A DNA stretch of 58,397 nt, the filler included, from Sphacelaria rigidula (lineage: Eukaryota): the NCBI GenBank assembly GCA_964200075.2. It is 6 parts of 6 records of this genome, joined end to end, with 100 filler letters (N's around TTAATTAATTAA, not from the genome) between each part and the next. Parts side by side here need not be neighbours in the genome. Positions count along the whole stretch, not along the records: positions 48,749 to 58,397 come from CAXNAA020008038.1; 5 more parts are not named here. One strand, 5' to 3'. The translations under genes and the position numbers were made by a program. Each line of letters opens with the position of its first letter. Position 1 is the first letter of the stretch. A model generated the notes under the pieces. The model was given only the letters and a program-made list of their open reading frames with translations, was not told the DNA's origin and did no database searches. Of this stretch, positions 56,101-58,397 are shown in pieces.

Positions 56101-58255
56101 CAAGGCATCAGTCAACCCATGTGTTCCCCGGTGCACACCTTGCATTTTGGTACCGCGGATTGGGTCAGCACTCGTGCACCGCGTCAACTCTCGCCAACAA
56201 AGTATTTTTGCTACTCATGCCCTCGCGTCTTCAAGAATGGAAATCAGATGCTCGGCAGAAAAATCTAAACTACACGCGACTGGCGTGGGGAATCGAACCC
56301 GCATTTTGTCCGACCTAGCGGTGTCAGTTTCACCCTTTTAATTGACCCTGGGGCGCCATGCACGTATGTATAGACTGCTTTCAGGGTGCACTACATGCTC
56401 GCACATGGCGTTGGGGCCGGTGCTGACAGGTAGATGTAACGCATCCATCTCCTTTTCGCCGTGTTTTTCGTGTTCACCGAACAACAAACCTCACCACCTC
56501 AGGTCGGCCTGGTATACCTTGCACACCCCAACGGAATAAATGGGGGTCTATACGGACGCCCGCCGGTCAGGCCAAACGCCCACATCACCGTCAGGTGGGA
56601 AATTCCAGCGGCTATTGTGGATGGTTACGGCAGGCCTTTCCGCCCGACGGGCAGGGACCAGGAGCGGCAGAATCTTGTGGTGGGCCTGTTTCGATTGGGC
56701 GTTGCGTCGAACACTGCCGGCATCATCTCGAAGCGCTTGTTCGATCGCCCGCCCATCGCATCCCGCCCCGCCAAAAAGACTCTGGTCGGGAGCACGCCGT
56801 TTTATGCGCCCAAGTCGGTGAGTCTGCGCATGTGCAAGCAGGCGGTGGTCGGTAAGAGAACGGTCGTAGAAACCAAGGCTCTGTACGTTACATTTACCAC
56901 AGCGTTACACGTTACGTTCACGTTGCGTTTTGGTCGAAACGTAACGTGAACGTAATTTTTTTCTACGTGATGAACGCAACGTGTTGAATTTTCGAATGTA
57001 ACGTCAACGTAACGTTTTTTTTTTCATCGTGCCAAACGAAACCTAACGTGAACGTTGAAGTGTCCAAGCGTTCAAAACACGTACTATGAAACGTTTCGTA
57101 GAACGTGTTACGTCTATTTCACGTTATACGTGTTTCAGACGTAATACGTGTATTAGACGTTACACGTGTATTAGATGCTACACGTTACATGAAATGTCAT
57201 AAACACGTTACACAAAGCGGTGCACACTTCGAGTTTGCAATGAAGTTTGAAAACCTAGAAGATTGTGCTTCAATGAACACGAGTTTGAACGTAACGTGAA
57301 CGTGTGACGTGTAACGTGCAGAGCATGGGAAAATATAACTATCAAAAACAAAGGAACGATACACTGTAGAGGAAGTAACGTTACACAACCAGATAATACG
57401 CGTACGCTCAAACCTACGACGGGCCACCGTCAGCGTACACAGTAACGTCACGCGTTACATGGCACTTTACAACGCCTTAAACACTGATAAATGAGCCGCG
57501 ACATGCGCATGATGAAGCGTTACATTCGAACGTTACACGTGTTAATGAGACTTAACATTAGACGTCACACGATTTGAATCCTGGGTCGTTTTCGCTACTC
57601 TCGTGCTTGACCCTCCTCCTGAAAGGGGCTGAGTGCTCCTAGTGGTCGCTGCCCAATATTGCTTCGCTCGGTACGAAGGCGCCTATGTGTTTTCCGTTGC
57701 TAGTCCCATCATGGTGCGGTAGTCGGCGCGGCGAGGCAAGGAGACCAAACAATTCTTGCCTCAACGAGTGTCGACATCGTCAGTTCGAGCTCGAGCCATT
57801 TTGGACTGGTTAGATTTGCGAAATCCTCCAGGCCCTGCCGGTAATATATGACACACACACGCTTGGGCGTCCCATCATCGTGAGGGACATGTGCTGTTAT
57901 TGTGTTCGTAGGGCAACATGCACGCTATACGACACCTACGCCACGCTTACGATATACAGCTTCCATGTCCCTTTCGTTTTCTGTCCTCCCGCTCCAAACC
58001 TGATAACCAACGCAACTGTATTGAAAATGGCAAACACGAACGGAATCGCAGGTGGGTACATTCGTATTCCGCGTGTACGACGCCAATGACCCCGTAGACA
58101 CTATCGCCACCAGCCACGTGTGGCAGGTGGACGCTCAGGGACGCGACGTGGAGCTGAGCCTGCGCTTTGTTCTCAGCCAGCTCAGGAACTCCGACGGGAA
58201 GGGGTCGGTAATGGGGGCCTTGGCTCAGCTGGCGCATTTGCTCAACCATCTCCAG
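50201..58255 (+). CDS. Partial multi-exon gene: Gly/Gln-rich disordered protein with a WW domain and polyQ tracts
   Basis: Exons 50201-50917, 51119-51337, 51566-52159, 52382-53164, 53460-53672, 55174-55710 and 58052-58255 are all phase 0 with AG/GT ends and give a stop-free joint frame. The WW domain GWKEYYDPKSKCCYWNNGKES|VWHNP is restored across an intron. The 5' end is uncertain (possible exon 49971-50067) and the 3' end is beyond the contig. Confidence 0.85.
51119..51337 (+). CDS. WW/polyQ gene exon
   Basis: GGCAG| acceptor, CAG|GTATGA donor, 219 nt. Confidence 0.8.
51566..52159 (+). CDS. WW/polyQ gene exon (polyQ; most of the WW domain)
   Basis: CCCAG| acceptor, TCG|GTGCGT donor. Confidence 0.85.
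52382..53164 (+). CDS. WW/polyQ gene exon (end of WW domain; polyQ, QP and MQ repeats)
   Basis: CCTGCAG| acceptor, CAG|GTGTCT donor, 783 nt. Confidence 0.85.
53460..53672 (+). CDS. WW/polyQ gene exon (HPPEQLGPG...TRNNSQ)
   Basis: TTGACTTTAG| acceptor, CAG|GTACAG donor, 213 nt open. Confidence 0.75.
55174..55710 (+). CDS. WW/polyQ gene exon (TGFNAGSEQ...PPKRTVRNQ)
   Basis: CTCCACAG| acceptor; donor after 55710 (CAG|GTCTGG) or after 55698 (ACT|GTGAGA), both phase 0. Confidence 0.75.
56040..56357 (-). mobile_element. tRNA-derived SINE, family B (intronic)
   Basis: B box GGTTCGATTCC on the minus strand (~56288-56300); core CGCGGATTGGGTCAGCACTC...CCGCGTCAACTC matches 41859-41894. Confidence 0.7.
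56874..57582. mobile_element. Longer relative of the hAT-like MITE at 40136-40356 (intronic, ACGT-motif rich)
   Basis: The left ~110 bp match the reverse complement of the right end of 40136-40356 (AGCGTTACACGT.ACGTTCA.GT..CGTTTTGGTCGAAACGTA.CGT.AACGT). The right boundary is approximate. Confidence 0.65.
58052..58255 (+). CDS. WW/polyQ gene exon starting a probable globular domain (VGTFVFRVYDANDPVDTIATSHVWQVDAQGRDVELSLRFVLSQL...LAHLLNHLQ)
   Basis: ATCGCAG| acceptor, CAG|GTCAGT donor, 204 nt open, phase 0/0; absent from the supplied ORF track. Confidence 0.7.
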
Positions 58256-58397
58256 GTCAGTGCTGCTGAATACACCTCATGGAGTTGGCTGTCTTTGAAA
58301 TACGTTGCGAATGATTCCGAGGTCGGCGTGGGTAGCGAGGGGAGGAGGAGGGGGGGGGGGGGGGGGGGGGGGGTCTTTTTTTGTTTGTCTTTTTTGT

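Overview
Eukaryotic DNA, most likely from a brown alga (Phaeophyceae); this is inferred from the intron style, TTAGGG repeats and the SINE/MITE families. The window is not one locus. It is six segments of 9650, 9650, 9650, 9649, 9649 and 9649 bp, joined by identical 100-bp N44-TTAATTAATTAA-N44 linkers, which is the pattern of length-sorted unplaced contigs. Segment 1 is a ~43-copy 218/219-bp satellite with an age gradient and higher-order structure. Segment 2 holds a ~10-exon, phase-consistent gene of unknown family with premature stops, plus a convergent decayed frame. Segment 3 is dense in decayed elements: a foldback MITE, two TIR MITEs carrying telomeric repeats, tandem tRNA-SINEs, LINE-like tails and a long-TIR element. 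Segment 4 holds six exons of a divergent RME-8/DNAJC13 N-terminal-domain gene, with two probable GC-AG introns and a 5.4-kb TE-filled intron. Segment 5 holds SINEs, hAT- and Harbinger-like MITEs, an LTR-like unit and decayed minus-strand coding sequence. Segment 6 holds a multi-exon Gly/Gln-rich WW-domain gene with many spaced Trp motifs (a candidate Argonaute-hook-like scaffold). I found no rRNA, bona fide tRNA or CRISPR. All family assignments were made by eye, with no database searches.
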